A stretch of DNA of 41,638 nt from an uncultured Verrucomicrobiota bacterium (GTDB taxonomy: Bacteria; Verrucomicrobiota; Verrucomicrobiia; Limisphaerales; SXQI01): assembly GCA_964611245.1 (NCBI GenBank), contig CAZSXX010000002.1, positions 1,822 to 43,459 of the forward strand, given 5' to 3'. The translations under genes and the position numbers were made by a program. Shown here in pieces: positions 27,471-37,400 of the stretch (position 1 is the stretch's first letter; each line of letters starts with the position of its first letter). The notes below the pieces were generated by a model that saw only the letters and a program-made list of their open reading frames with translations, was not told the DNA's origin and did not search any database.

Positions 27471-27472
27471 CC

Positions 27473-28591
27473 TCAACCAAGCTGCTTGCGGAAACGGAGG
27501 GAGCAGACGGCAAAAAGCCCCACACCCATCAGCGCCAGGACGGCGAGGTGGTTGTAAAAGTCCGGCAGGCTCGCGCCGCGCAGGATGATGGCCCGGAGCA
27601 GCTCGATGTAATAGGTCGTGGGCAAGGCCGCGCCGATCGCGTAGAAAATGAACGGCATCGTCTCGCGCGGGAAGATGAAGCCGGAAAAAAAGACGCTCGG
27701 AAGAATGAGGGCCATCGACATTTGCAGCGCCTGCATTTGCGTCTCGGCGCGGGTCGAGACCAGCAGGCCGATGCTGAGCAGGCTGAAGGTGTAGAGGAAG
27801 GTCGAGACCATCAAGGCGGTGAGGCTGCCGACGATGGGGACCTGAAAAAGGAACCGCATGATCGCCAGCAGGACCCCCGCCATCAGCATGCCGACGCACC
27901 AATACGGGATCAGTTTCCCCAGCATGAATCCCCAGCGGGAAAGCGGGCTGACCAGGAGCTGCTCCAATGTGCCCCGCTCGCGTTCGCGCACCACGGACAT
28001 GGCCGTGGCGAAGGTGGTGGCGATTTGCAGGACGACTCCGATGACCCCGGGGATGTAAAAATTGGGGCTGCGCATGGAGGGGTTGTAAAGCATCTGCGCG
28101 CGCACCTCGATGGGCACGGTTTGACGCCCCGTTTGCTGGAGGAGGAGGGACATCGACTCCTTCAAGGCGACGCCCAACGAGGTGTTCAGGGCCTGCAGGG
28201 CCACCGTGGAGCTGGAGCCGTCGATCAGCAACCCGGCGGCGGCGGGCCGGCCCGCGCGCAGGTCCCGCGTGAAGTCGGGGGGGATATGCAGCCCGACATA
28301 GGCGTTCCCGCGCCGGATTTCCGCCTCCAATTCGGCCACGCTCCGCACCTCGCCGACCACCCGGAACGTCTGGGTGTTCTCAAATGTCTGGATCAGCCTC
28401 CGGCTCTCGTGGGTGCGGTCCTCGTTGAACACCACCGTGGCCATGTGTTTCACGTCGTTGTCCAGCGCGTAGCCAAACGCGATCATCTCCACCAGAGGCG
28501 GAAACAGCATGAAGAAGAGCGTGACCGGGTCGCGCATCACCACGATGAATTCCTTGGTCAGGATGGCGTAGAATCCTCGGAAGATTTTCAT
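27473..28591 (-). CDS. ABC-2 type transporter permease
   Basis: The protein is 372 aa. The N-terminus MKIFRGFYAILTKEFIVVMRDPVTLFFMLFPPLVEM, a large first extracytoplasmic loop and C-terminal TM bundle are typical of the YbhR/YhhJ-like ABC-2 family. It forms an ATGA overlap with the ATPase stop. Confidence 0.9.
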   Translation of the reverse strand: MKIFRGFYAILTKEFIVVMRDPVTLFFMLFPPLVEMIAFGYALDNDVKHMATVVFNEDRTHESRRLIQTFENTQTFRVVGEVRSVAELEAEIRRGNAYVGLHIPPDFTRDLRAGRPAAAGLLIDGSSSTVALQALNTSLGVALKESMSLLLQQTGRQTVPIEVRAQMLYNPSMRSPNFYIPGVIGVVLQIATTFATAMSVVRERERGTLEQLLVSPLSRWGFMLGKLIPYWCVGMLMAGVLLAIMRFLFQVPIVGSLTALMVSTFLYTFSLLSIGLLVSTRAETQMQALQMSMALILPSVFFSGFIFPRETMPFIFYAIGAALPTTYYIELLRAIILRGASLPDFYNHLAVLALMGVGLFAVCSLRFRKQLG

Positions 28592-29550
28592 GCGGGGGTT
28601 GGTTCGGGGCCCATCGAGGTCAGCGCCACAAAGACGTCCTCCAGCGAGGGCGCGATCGGGCGGATGTCGCTGATGTGGATGTCCTCCGCCTGCAGGCGGC
28701 CGCGCAGGGCGTCCTCGGAAAGCGCGCCGTCAACCAGCAGGTGCATCGATTGGCCGAAGACGGTGGCGGCGAGGACGCCGGGCAGGGCGCGAACCGCCTG
28801 GAGCGCCCGCGTGATGTGGTCGCACGTCACGTCGAGCCGGCGCGTGCCCGGCGGGTTCACCTCGGGCAGCAGCTTCAAGTCATCCGGAACGCCGCACACG
28901 ATCAGTTTGGACAGGTTGATGTACCCCACATGCGAACAGCGCTCCGCTTCGTCCATGTAATGGGTGGTGACAAACAGCGTCATCCCCATGCTGGAAAAGC
29001 GGAAGAGCAAGTCCCACAGTTCGCGGCGCGCCACGGGGTCGATCCCGGCGGTGGGCTCGTCGAGGAAAAGCACCTGAGGCTTGTGCATCAGCGCGCAGGC
29101 CATGGCCAGGCGCTGGCGCCAACCGCCGGAGAGCAGCGCCGCGCGGCGGCCCAGGTATGGCTCGATGTGCGTCAGGCCGATCAGCTCTTCCTGCCTCTGC
29201 CGGAGCGGCGTCCCGGCCAACCCGTACAGCCGCCCATAAAACTGCAGATTCTCCCGCACGGTCAGCTCGTCATAGAGCGAAAACTTCTGCGACATGTAGC
29301 CGATCAATCCTTTGATGTCCTCGGTCTGGGTTTCGACATCCATTCCGGCGATGCGGGCATGGCCCTCCGTCGGCTTGAGAATGCCGCAGAGCATGCGGAT
29401 GACGGTCGATTTCCCGGATCCATTGGGGCCCAGAAAGCCGAAGATGGATCCCTTGGAAACTTCAAAAGAGACCCGGTCCACCGCCGTGAAGTGCCCAAAA
29501 CGCTTGGTCAGGTTCGAGCACTGGATCATCGTTTCGCCGGGCGCGCTCAC
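28588..29550 (-). CDS. ABC transporter ATP-binding protein
   Basis: The protein has Walker A (GPNGSGKST), signature (LSGGWRQR) and Walker B (LFLDEPTAGID) motifs. The start is GTG 29550 (a GTGA overlap with the HlyD stop) or ATG 29529. Confidence 0.93.
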   Translation of the reverse strand: MSAPGETMIQCSNLTKRFGHFTAVDRVSFEVSKGSIFGFLGPNGSGKSTVIRMLCGILKPTEGHARIAGMDVETQTEDIKGLIGYMSQKFSLYDELTVRENLQFYGRLYGLAGTPLRQRQEELIGLTHIEPYLGRRAALLSGGWRQRLAMACALMHKPQVLFLDEPTAGIDPVARRELWDLLFRFSSMGMTLFVTTHYMDEAERCSHVGYINLSKLIVCGVPDDLKLLPEVNPPGTRRLDVTCDHITRALQAVRALPGVLAATVFGQSMHLLVDGALSEDALRGRLQAEDIHISDIRPIAPSLEDVFVALTSMGPEPTPA

Positions 29551-30488
29551 GGCTTTTTCGGCGGAAGATTCGGGAAGAACACGTCGGCGGACATCCCAGC
29601 CCGCAGTTCGGGCGCCCCGGCCGGCAGCCGGATTTTGACGCCGAACACCTGCTTCACGCGGTCCTCGGACGTCTGCACATTGCGGGGGGTGAACTCGGCC
29701 GCGCGGGCGATCTGCTCGATCTCCCCCGCGAATTCTTTTCCGGGAAACGAATCGACCTCCACGCGGACTTTTCCGCCCAGTTGAAGGTGGCCCAGCCAGG
29801 TGGCCGGAACATAAACGCGCACCCAGAGGCTGTCCGTGTAGAGGAGCGTGGCGACCGGCGCGCCCGGCGGCAGGACGTCCCCCAGTTTCACATGCAGCGT
29901 CTCAACCGTCGCGGCGACGGGCGCCACCACTTCCAATTCATGGATCTGCGTCCCAATCTCCCGGAGCTGCGCCTCCACCTGCGCGATTCGCTCGGGACGC
30001 GCCCCGGCGGCCAGCAGTTGGTGACGGCTCCGGGACGCCACCAGGCTTTTTTCCAGCGCGGCGGCGCGTGAAACGGCGCGGTCGCGGTCCGAGGCGGCGA
30101 TCGCCCCCGTGTTGGCCAGTTGCGCGGTGCGCCGCTCGTCGGCCCGCGCGAACTCGAGCTCCGCGGAGATGGCGGCGGACTCGGCCTCGGCGGTGGCCAA
30201 CTCCTCCGTGCGCGCCCCCGCCCGCAGCTCGGCCAACAAGGCTTCCACCTGTTCCCTCCGCGGCCCCAGTTCCGGCGCCGCCAACCGGACCAGCGACTGC
30301 CTCGGCCGCACGCTGTCGCCTTCCGCCACCAGAATTTCGGCGGCCCTCCCGCCATGCCGTGAGGCGACCCGCGCCTGGTCGGTTTCAATCGTGCCGGAGA
30401 TCGCGCCGTTCGTGCCGGCCTCTTTGGAGCATCCAAAAAATCCGGTCAAGGCGACCAATCCCAACAGAAGCGCGCCACAGTTTCTCAC
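29547..30488 (-). CDS. HlyD-family periplasmic adaptor (membrane-fusion protein), probable lipoprotein
   Basis: A coiled-coil-rich middle (AELRAGARTEELATAEAESAAISAELEFA..) and beta-barrel-like ends (VEVDSFPGKEFAGEIEQI, VKIRLP) are typical of this family. The preferred start is GTG 30488 (VRNCGALLLGLVALTGFFGC, lipobox-like). The track start GTG 30605 would add a P-rich, non-signal-like extension. The start remains uncertain. Confidence 0.85.
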   Translation of the reverse strand: MRNCGALLLGLVALTGFFGCSKEAGTNGAISGTIETDQARVASRHGGRAAEILVAEGDSVRPRQSLVRLAAPELGPRREQVEALLAELRAGARTEELATAEAESAAISAELEFARADERRTAQLANTGAIAASDRDRAVSRAAALEKSLVASRSRHQLLAAGARPERIAQVEAQLREIGTQIHELEVVAPVAATVETLHVKLGDVLPPGAPVATLLYTDSLWVRVYVPATWLGHLQLGGKVRVEVDSFPGKEFAGEIEQIARAAEFTPRNVQTSEDRVKQVFGVKIRLPAGAPELRAGMSADVFFPNLPPKKP

Positions 30489-30669
30489 CGGCGGAAAGAG
30501 TAGGGGCGGGGGAAACGGCCCGCAAGCCGGAGCGCGAAGGTTCAATCCGGCGAGGTTCGGAATGGGGTCCAGCCACACCCACGCGGGCCCTCCGTAGAAT
30601 TGCACGCTGAATTTTCTTTAGGATTTTGCGAGCCCCATGGCAAAATAGGGTTAGTGAATCGGCGATTTC

Positions 30670-32952
30670 ATGATGAAGATCCTCCAATGCGATGACTCTG
30701 AGGCGGATGCTTTGCTTTGCCAGCATGCATTGAAAGACGGAGGTTTGGCTTTCTCGCATCGGTGGGTTTCAACCCGAAAGGACTTTGAGGCGGCGATCCT
30801 GCAGGGGAATTTGGACATAGTCCTGATTGATTATTATTTGCCCGAGTATCGCGGCGACGAAGCCTTGGCGTTCTGCCGGGCCAACGCCCCCGGGCTTCCC
30901 GTCATCTTCGTTTCCGGCACCATCGACGACGAACAGGCCATCGAAGCCCTGAAACTGGGCGCGACCGACTATGTGCTCAAGCACCGGCTCGCGCGCCTCC
31001 CCCGCGCGGTCCGCCGGGCGCATGAGGAGGCCATTTCCCGGCGGGAGCGCGCTGAGGCCCTCCGCCAATTGGAGGAAACGGAGCTCTTCCTGCAAACAGC
31101 CATGGAGCTTGGGGAGATCGGCAGTTGGAGCTCCAGCCTGGAGGGGGACGGCAAACTCACCTGGTCCCGTGGTGCGCACCGCATTTTCGGCCTGGAAATG
31201 GGGACGGCCGGGCCAACCCGCGCGTTCTTCTTCAAACTCGTGCATCCGGACGACCTCGCCGCGGTCACGGACGCGGTCACCCGCGCCATTGAATCGCGCG
31301 GGGACTATGGGGTCGACCACCGCGTCCTGCGTCCCGACGGCGCGGTGCGGTGGGTCCACGAACAAGGCCGCGTGGTGTGCGACGACGAGGGGCGGCCGGT
31401 GAAATTGGTCGGCGTGGTGCAGGACATCACGGACCGAAAGGCGAGCGAGGACCGAATCCGCGAGCAGGCCGCGCTGTTGGACGTGGCGCAAAGCGCGATC
31501 GTCACCCACAGCCTGGAGGGGAAAATCCTCTTTTGGAACCGGGGCGCCGAGCAACTTTATGGATGGGCCGCGGCGGAGGCCGTCGGCTCCGACCTTTCAT
31601 GCCTCCTGCATCCCGACTCGGCGGAAAAATTCAACGAAGTCCGACGGCTCGCCATCGAGCATGGCGAGTGGCACGGCGAGATGGAGCAGGCCACGCGCGG
31701 CGGCCAGCGTGTCGCCTGCGACAGCCGGTGGAGCGTTGTGCGCGACGGAAACGGCCGCCTGCAATCAATCCTTTCCGTCAACACGGACCTCACCGAACGG
31801 AAGAAGCTCGAGCAGCAATTCCTGCGCGCGCAACGGATGGAATGCGTCGGCACCCTCGCCAGCGGAATCGCCCATGACATCAACAACGTGCTGGCTCCCA
31901 TCATGATGTCCGTCGAGCTGTTCCGCATGAAGCTGACAGGCCAGGAGGACTGCGATTTGCTCGACATCCTTGAGGCCAGCGCCAAACGGGGAGCGGAAAT
32001 AGTCCGTCAAGTGCTCACCTTCGCGCGGGGCGCGGAGGGGCAGCGCGGCGTCATTCCATTGGAGCGCGCGGTCAAGGAGGTGGCCAAGATTCTCCGCGAG
32101 ACTTTTCCCCGCTCCATCCAAATCCAGGTCCATTTGGATCGCGGACTCTGGCTGGTTCGGGGCGATCCCACCCACATTTACCAAGTGCTGATGAATCTTT
32201 CCGTCAACGCCCGGGACGCGATGCAGCGCGGTGGCCGGCTGTCCCTGGAAGCGGGCAACGTCAACCTTGGTCCGGAGGCGCCGACCCTCCACGCGGAGGC
32301 CAAGCCAGGTCCCTACGTCCGCCTCTCGGTCCGAGATTCAGGGACAGGCATAGCCCCGGACGTCATGGCGCGGATCTTTGACCCATTTTTCACCACCAAA
32401 GAGCCTGGCCAAGGAACAGGGCTGGGCTTGTCCACAGTGCAAAGCCTGATCCGCGGCCATGGCGGATTCATCACCGTCGAAAGCGTGCTCGGCCACGGCA
32501 CGAGCATGCACGCCTACCTCCCCGCCGAGCCCTCCACCGCGGCGGCCGACGCGGGCGGAGATGAACTGGCCCCCGCCCCCGGCCGGGGCGAAACCATTTT
32601 GGTCGTCGACGACGAGGCGACGATCCGCGTCGTCACCCGCACCACGCTCGAGGCGAACAATTACACCGTCCTCACCGCCAAGGACGGCTTGGAAGCCGTC
32701 TCGATCTTCCCCAAACAACCCGGCGCCGTCCGCCTGGTGGTCACCGACCTGATGATGCCCGCCATGGACGGGGCGACGATGATCCGCGCGCTGCAGGAGA
32801 TCGACCCCAACCTGAGGTTCATCGTCGTCAGCGGGTTGATGGACGCGGAGAAGGTGCCGCACAGCCCGGCCTCCCGGCCAATCGCCTTCCTGGCCAAGCC
32901 ATTTGGATCGGACGAACTGCTGCGGCTCATCCGCCAAACGTTGGACTCCTGA
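30670..32952 (+). CDS. Hybrid sensor histidine kinase/response regulator (REC-PAS-PAS-HisKA-HATPase_c-REC)
   Basis: The N-terminal receiver has DD, VLIDYYLP and K motifs. Two PAS-like blocks follow, then the H-box SGIAHDINNVL, N/G boxes (NLSVNARDAM, DSGTGI, GTGLGLS) and a C-terminal receiver (VVDDE, VVTDLMMPAMDG, KPF). Confidence 0.93.
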   Translation: MMKILQCDDSEADALLCQHALKDGGLAFSHRWVSTRKDFEAAILQGNLDIVLIDYYLPEYRGDEALAFCRANAPGLPVIFVSGTIDDEQAIEALKLGATDYVLKHRLARLPRAVRRAHEEAISRRERAEALRQLEETELFLQTAMELGEIGSWSSSLEGDGKLTWSRGAHRIFGLEMGTAGPTRAFFFKLVHPDDLAAVTDAVTRAIESRGDYGVDHRVLRPDGAVRWVHEQGRVVCDDEGRPVKLVGVVQDITDRKASEDRIREQAALLDVAQSAIVTHSLEGKILFWNRGAEQLYGWAAAEAVGSDLSCLLHPDSAEKFNEVRRLAIEHGEWHGEMEQATRGGQRVACDSRWSVVRDGNGRLQSILSVNTDLTERKKLEQQFLRAQRMECVGTLASGIAHDINNVLAPIMMSVELFRMKLTGQEDCDLLDILEASAKRGAEIVRQVLTFARGAEGQRGVIPLERAVKEVAKILRETFPRSIQIQVHLDRGLWLVRGDPTHIYQVLMNLSVNARDAMQRGGRLSLEAGNVNLGPEAPTLHAEAKPGPYVRLSVRDSGTGIAPDVMARIFDPFFTTKEPGQGTGLGLSTVQSLIRGHGGFITVESVLGHGTSMHAYLPAEPSTAAADAGGDELAPAPGRGETILVVDDEATIRVVTRTTLEANNYTVLTAKDGLEAVSIFPKQPGAVRLVVTDLMMPAMDGATMIRALQEIDPNLRFIVVSGLMDAEKVPHSPASRPIAFLAKPFGSDELLRLIRQTLDS

Positions 32953-32986
32953 CCGATCCGCCGCCCGCCCGCCACGCCCCGGCGGC

Positions 32987-34207
32987 TCAGGGCGGCGCTC
33001 CCGTGGGCGCGGCCAACTCCGGAACGGCGGCACGCGGCGCGGGCACGCGCCAAATCGCCAACGCCGCCAGAACGCCGGTGAGCGCGCTGGCGATCCACAG
33101 GGCCGCTGGGTGCGCGTGGAACAGCCACGTCCCCGCCATCGGCCCGGCAATGAGCGCCAGCGCCCAGGTGAATCCAAACGCCCCCATGTACCGCCCCCGC
33201 ATGTGCGCCGGCGCCAAATCCGCGACCTTGGCGGCGGCCAGCGGCATGGTCAGCATCTCCCCCACGCTGAAAACAATGAGGCACGCAACCAACCCCGGGA
33301 CCGAGGACGCGAAGACGTTGGCGGCGAAACCCAACCCGGTCAGTAGATAGCCGGCCGCCATGGTCTGCTCGAAGCCGAACCGCTGGCTCACTTTCGTCAA
33401 CGGCAGCTCAAAGAACACCACCAACGCGCCGTTCAGCGAAATGATGGCGCCATAGACCCACGCCGGGTGGCCAAGGCTCGTGACGTACAGCCCATAGGTC
33501 GTCACCATCTGGAAAAACACAAAACCCATCAGGAGCGAGGACAACGCCACCCGCTGGAACTGCGCGTCCCGGCGCATCACCGCCAATGCCGCCCCCCAAT
33601 TGGCCTCCGCCTTCACGCTCCGCACCCCGGCGGGAAGGAAAAGCAGGGCGATGACGCCGTAAAGCGCGGAGGTGATGGCGTCGCCGACGAACAGCCAGAG
33701 GTAAGAATGCTCGGCGAGCAGCCCCGCCGTGGCCGGGCCGAGCGCCCAACCGGCGTTGAAAGCCATGCGGTAAGCCGCGAACGCCCGCACCCGCTGGCCT
33801 TCGGGGACCAAATCGGCCAACAACGCGGAGCAGGCCGGGCGGTACAATTCGCCGGTCAACCCGACCACAAACGCCAGGCCGGCGATCATTTCGAAACTCC
33901 GCGCCTGCGAAAGCGCCAGCATGGCCACGGCGGTGGAGAACATCGAAAGCGCCAGCGTGGCCCGCCGCCCCAGCGAATCCGCCAAATGCCCGCCCACCAC
34001 GCACGCCAGGAAATGGCCCGCCCCATACGCGCCCATGGCCGCTCCCGCCTGCGTGGCCGAGAACCCCCGGCCGGTCATGTACAGCGCCAGGAACGGGACC
34101 ACAAAGGCCCCGAATTTGTTCAGGAATGTTCCCGCGAACAGAATCCAGACGGGCCGCGGCAATTCGCGGAGTCCTTGAAGGAGGCTGATGGGTGGGGATG
34201 GGTTCAT
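32987..34207 (-). CDS. MFS transporter
   Basis: The protein is about 406 aa with about 12 hydrophobic spans and MFS motif A (GHLADSLGRR). The start is ATG 34207 (MNPSPPISLLQGL). The track start is a TTG that would read through a terminator hairpin. Confidence 0.9.
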   Translation of the reverse strand: MNPSPPISLLQGLRELPRPVWILFAGTFLNKFGAFVVPFLALYMTGRGFSATQAGAAMGAYGAGHFLACVVGGHLADSLGRRATLALSMFSTAVAMLALSQARSFEMIAGLAFVVGLTGELYRPACSALLADLVPEGQRVRAFAAYRMAFNAGWALGPATAGLLAEHSYLWLFVGDAITSALYGVIALLFLPAGVRSVKAEANWGAALAVMRRDAQFQRVALSSLLMGFVFFQMVTTYGLYVTSLGHPAWVYGAIISLNGALVVFFELPLTKVSQRFGFEQTMAAGYLLTGLGFAANVFASSVPGLVACLIVFSVGEMLTMPLAAAKVADLAPAHMRGRYMGAFGFTWALALIAGPMAGTWLFHAHPAALWIASALTGVLAALAIWRVPAPRAAVPELAAPTGAPP

Positions 34208-34249
34208 AAAAACAAAAAACCCCGCCGACCTTTCGGTGGGCAGGGTTTT
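34208..34249 (-). terminator. Canonical intrinsic-terminator-like hairpin plus U-tract ending exactly at the MFS start codon
   Basis: The minus-strand RNA reads AAAACCCUGCCCACC-GAAA-GGUCGGCGGGGUUUU followed by UUGUUUUU-AUG. The stem has 15 positions, with 13 Watson-Crick pairs, 1 G.U and 1 C.C mismatch, and a GNRA tetraloop. The plus-strand version has two worse mismatches (G.G, C.A), so the structure is minus-strand specific. Confidence 0.6.
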
Positions 34250-34268
34250 GAAAATTCGGGTGTGTCGC

Positions 34269-34397
34269 CTAGAAGTTTCGGTCCTGCCCAAGGCCCGGAT
34301 ATTTGGCCATCCAAGCCAGGTTGCGCGCGGAAACAGCCATGCCGTTCCACATCGCGTGGAGAAGCGCCAGTCGGGCGTTGGCGTGGGCCTGTTTCAT
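34269..34397 (-). CDS. Candidate 42-codon small ORF in the MFS leader (speculative)
   Basis: ATG 34397 to TAG 34269 encodes MKQAHANARLALLHAMWNGMAVSARNLAWMAKYPGLGQDRNF. By hand count, 32 of 42 third positions are G/C, similar to the flanking genes. No SD is present. The ATG lies 11 nt after the candidate -10 box. No family was recognised. Confidence 0.25.
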   Translation of the reverse strand: MKQAHANARLALLHAMWNGMAVSARNLAWMAKYPGLGQDRNF

Positions 34398-34408
34398 TTC
34401 GGTGCGGA

Positions 34409-34436
34409 ACCCTAGGGACTCTTACAGGACAGTCAA
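34409..34436 (-). promoter_or_regulatory. Candidate sigma70-type promoter for the MFS leader
   Basis: On the minus strand, TTGACT (34436-34431) is followed by a 16-nt spacer and TAGGGT (34414-34409). The promoter starts 8 nt after the upstream gene's stop codon. Confidence 0.35.
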
Positions 34437-34443
34437 GGATAAT

Positions 34444-37400
34444 TTATGGCGTCGGCGCTGCCGCTTTGGACCGCGCGGGAGGAGGCCCCCGGAAGAACGC
34501 GATCTCCCCATAACGATTGCCAAGGCGCCGGATGCCGGTGTGGCCCTGCATCCCCTCGCTGACCGAAATGATAGAGTACCCGTCCGGGCGGATGGCGTAT
34601 CGCAGGGGCTCGCCGCTGTATGGATCCCTGCGCGGCGGCGACCCGGCGGCGGCCAGGTTCTCCGGCAGGGTGCCGTGGGTCAACCGGTGAATCTCCACGT
34701 CGGCGGCCGACTGCAACACGAGCCGCGTCGCTTCAATGCCGGTGGCCACCCCGAACAACCATTCAACCGGCGGGACGAGGACCGGCGCGATCAATGATTT
34801 GCTGGTCAGGCCCGCCTGCCGGGGCCGCGCGGGCCCCCGCGCCCCGGCGCTTTCCCAGAATGGCTTCTGCGCCCGCGAAATCGCGGCTTCCATGAGCTCC
34901 AAATAATCCATTTGGTCCACCCGGTCCTGTCCGATCACCTGGCGCATCGACCAACTCGCGGTGAAAACCCAGGATATCCCGGTCACCCAGCGGCCGTGCC
35001 GGTGCCAGATCACATCCGGGGGGTACTGGTAGGCCTCCAGCCCGAAAATCCTGTCCACAATCAATGTGTCCACCAACGCGGGGACCGGGCGCAGGCCCTC
35101 CAGGCTCGCCTTCCACAGTCTCCAATCCGCGGGCGTGAACACCTCCATGTTGGCCCCGCGCTGCATCAACGCCGTGGCGGTGGACAGCGCCTGCCTCGCG
35201 GCGTTGAGCCCCTCAATTCCCTCCGTCTCCAGCGCGCGGGCTACATGCAGGATCAGGTTGATGCTCGCCGCGGCGTTGGTGGACCGGCCATTCATTTCAA
35301 GAAGCGCCCGGGCTCCCAGCGCGTCGGCGAATATTTCATGGCGGAGTGGATGCTGCGGCAGGTTCGGGTTCGCCGGACCTGACGCCGCCCGCCCCGGCAA
35401 CTGCTCCAGAAGCTGGAACGCCGGGCCATTCGTGGCCACAAATCGGGTCATCCGCTGGATCGACAGGGCCGGCGGCTCCTCCGCCGGGTTCCACAGCAAG
35501 TCGTTGCGGAGGGTCACGCCGGGCCGGGAGACCACCTTGCGCTGGAACGCGCGCAGCAACTCGCCCGCCGATTGGCTCGGATCCGGGCTCGGCTTCCATT
35601 TTGGAATCTGGTGGGCGGCCACCGGCTGGCCGGAAGCCCAGATTTTATCCAGTCGGGCGGCCAGCTCGGAGTCCATCTGCCGCCGACGCCAGCTTGCCGC
35701 CCCATAAAGCAGGCCCCCCACAAGGACACACGCGATCACCGGCCGCCGCATTGACGCCATCGGACTGGAGGGCTGGGGACGCGGCTCCACCACTCCCTTG
35801 CCTTTTCGGCCCAGCCGCGTTCCGCCCGCCGATGGCCGCTCAAAGGCCTGTGACGCGATGGCCCGGAAATCACGCAGGAACGCGCGGCGGGCGATGTGCG
35901 CGAGAAGAACATTGTACGCGACGCAGAGCGCGGTCCAAATCCAGAACAGGACGCTCAACGACGGACTGGGGCGGCCGGACGTCAGGGCGTACATCCAGGA
36001 TCCGTGCAGCACCAGGAACCATCCAGCCGACGGAATCAGGACCACCAGCAGGATCACCTGCGAGATCGCGCGGTTGGTTCCTCGCAGGTGCATCGACCGC
36101 CAAATGGCCACCCAATGGATCGCGTAAAAATCCGCCAGCAAGTGCACAAACCCGCCCAGGAAAAAAAGCCATGGCCTTTCGGTTTGGATCGCGTAGCCAA
36201 AGCTGAACCGGGAATTCCATCCGGCCAGCGCGTTCAGGGCGAAAATCAGGAGGACCGGGCCGCCGAACTGCCGGGCCAGCGCCAGCCGCTGCCCGCTGGC
36301 GAATTCCCGCAGGCGAATTGGGGTCGTGAGGAGGAGTTCCAGCGCGTTGCTCCGGCGGTCCTCGATGAAGCGCGAGGCCACCTCCGAGGCCAGCCAGATT
36401 TTGAAGAACAAATGGACAAACCAAATCGCGCCGAGGGTCACCGGCCAGTCTGCCATCACCTCCGGCGCCTTCCACCGCGCGAACCACCACAGCGCCCCAA
36501 GCATGGCCAGGAACGCCCAGGCATACCGGCCTTTCAGTCGGTCCCGGCCCGCCAGCCACGAAAACGCGTTTCGGTCCAGCAGCGTCCCGCGCAAGGCCCG
36601 CCGCCGCGCCGCCTTGCCATACGCCAGCTCCTGCCGCAGACGCAGGAACCAGGTGACAAAACGCCCCCGCGGCGCGTCCTGGTGGGCGCGCTGCGCGATC
36701 GAGGCGCTGGCCACCACCAGGCAGAGCCATCCGGCCAGGTGCAGGTAAGCCAGGGAAAGGAGGAAATCATCAAAGTGAATCCGCGCCAGCGCCGGGTCGC
36801 TTGCCGTGCGGTAGGCGAAAATCGGGCTCGTGAGGAGGAATTCATTCGTCATCACCTCCCAGATTTCGAGGCTCTCGTAGGCGTGCGCGACGGCGGCCAC
36901 ATACGGACCGGCGCAGGCCGCGAAAATGATCCCCAAGGCCCCGCTCATGGCGGGCCGTTCCTGCTGGCTGAACGTGGACACAAAAATCCCCGCCGCCAGC
37001 GAAAAGAAAAGGGTGTTGAACAGGCACCCCGCCATCATCAGGAACTGCCGCCCCGACGTGCCGCCCAGCATCATGGCCAAGGCCAACACCGGCACCACCG
37101 CCAGGACGCCATAGACCGAATTGATGCCGAGGGAGACGAACTTCCCGAACACCACATCGTAACCCTTCAGGTCGGTCAGGAAAAGCAGCCCCAGCGTCCC
37201 CTCGCGCTTCTCCTCGCTCAACGCGTCCGCCGTGCCGCGAATCCCAGCCACCAGGCAGTATGCAAACGCCCCGGCGGACAGGATCTCAAAAAGGTTCCGC
37301 CCAAGGTCGAGCGCCCGCGTCCCCTGGCTGCCGACCAAGGCCACATACCCCATGGCGATGAACGCGGCCACCGCCGCGCCGGACCGAAGCCAGTACGCGC

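Noticed and set aside
25543-30605. HlyD + ABC genes as a type I secretion system for the giant protein
   Set aside because: The ABC components are a separate NBD and an ABC-2-type permease, which is efflux-pump architecture rather than a fused T1SS ABC exporter. No outer-membrane factor gene is present. The giant protein lacks RTX/T1SS features.
30637-30653. Sigma54-like element (TGGCAaaataggGTTaG) upstream of the hybrid histidine kinase gene
   Set aside because: The -12 element does not match TTGC, and the spacing and sequence are only loosely similar. No enhancer-binding-protein gene is nearby. This is too weak to report as a feature.
34405-34415. 11-nt match (CUAGGGUUCCG, minus strand) to the conserved 5' block of the guanidine-I (ykkC) riboswitch, located in the MFS leader
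   Set aside because: From memory, the other invariant ykkC blocks (GGUCCGAGAG and ACGG.GGGA.AAAAGCCCGGGAGA) are absent or out of order in the following 190 nt. The match also overlaps the candidate -10 box. It is kept only as a pointer for running cmscan.
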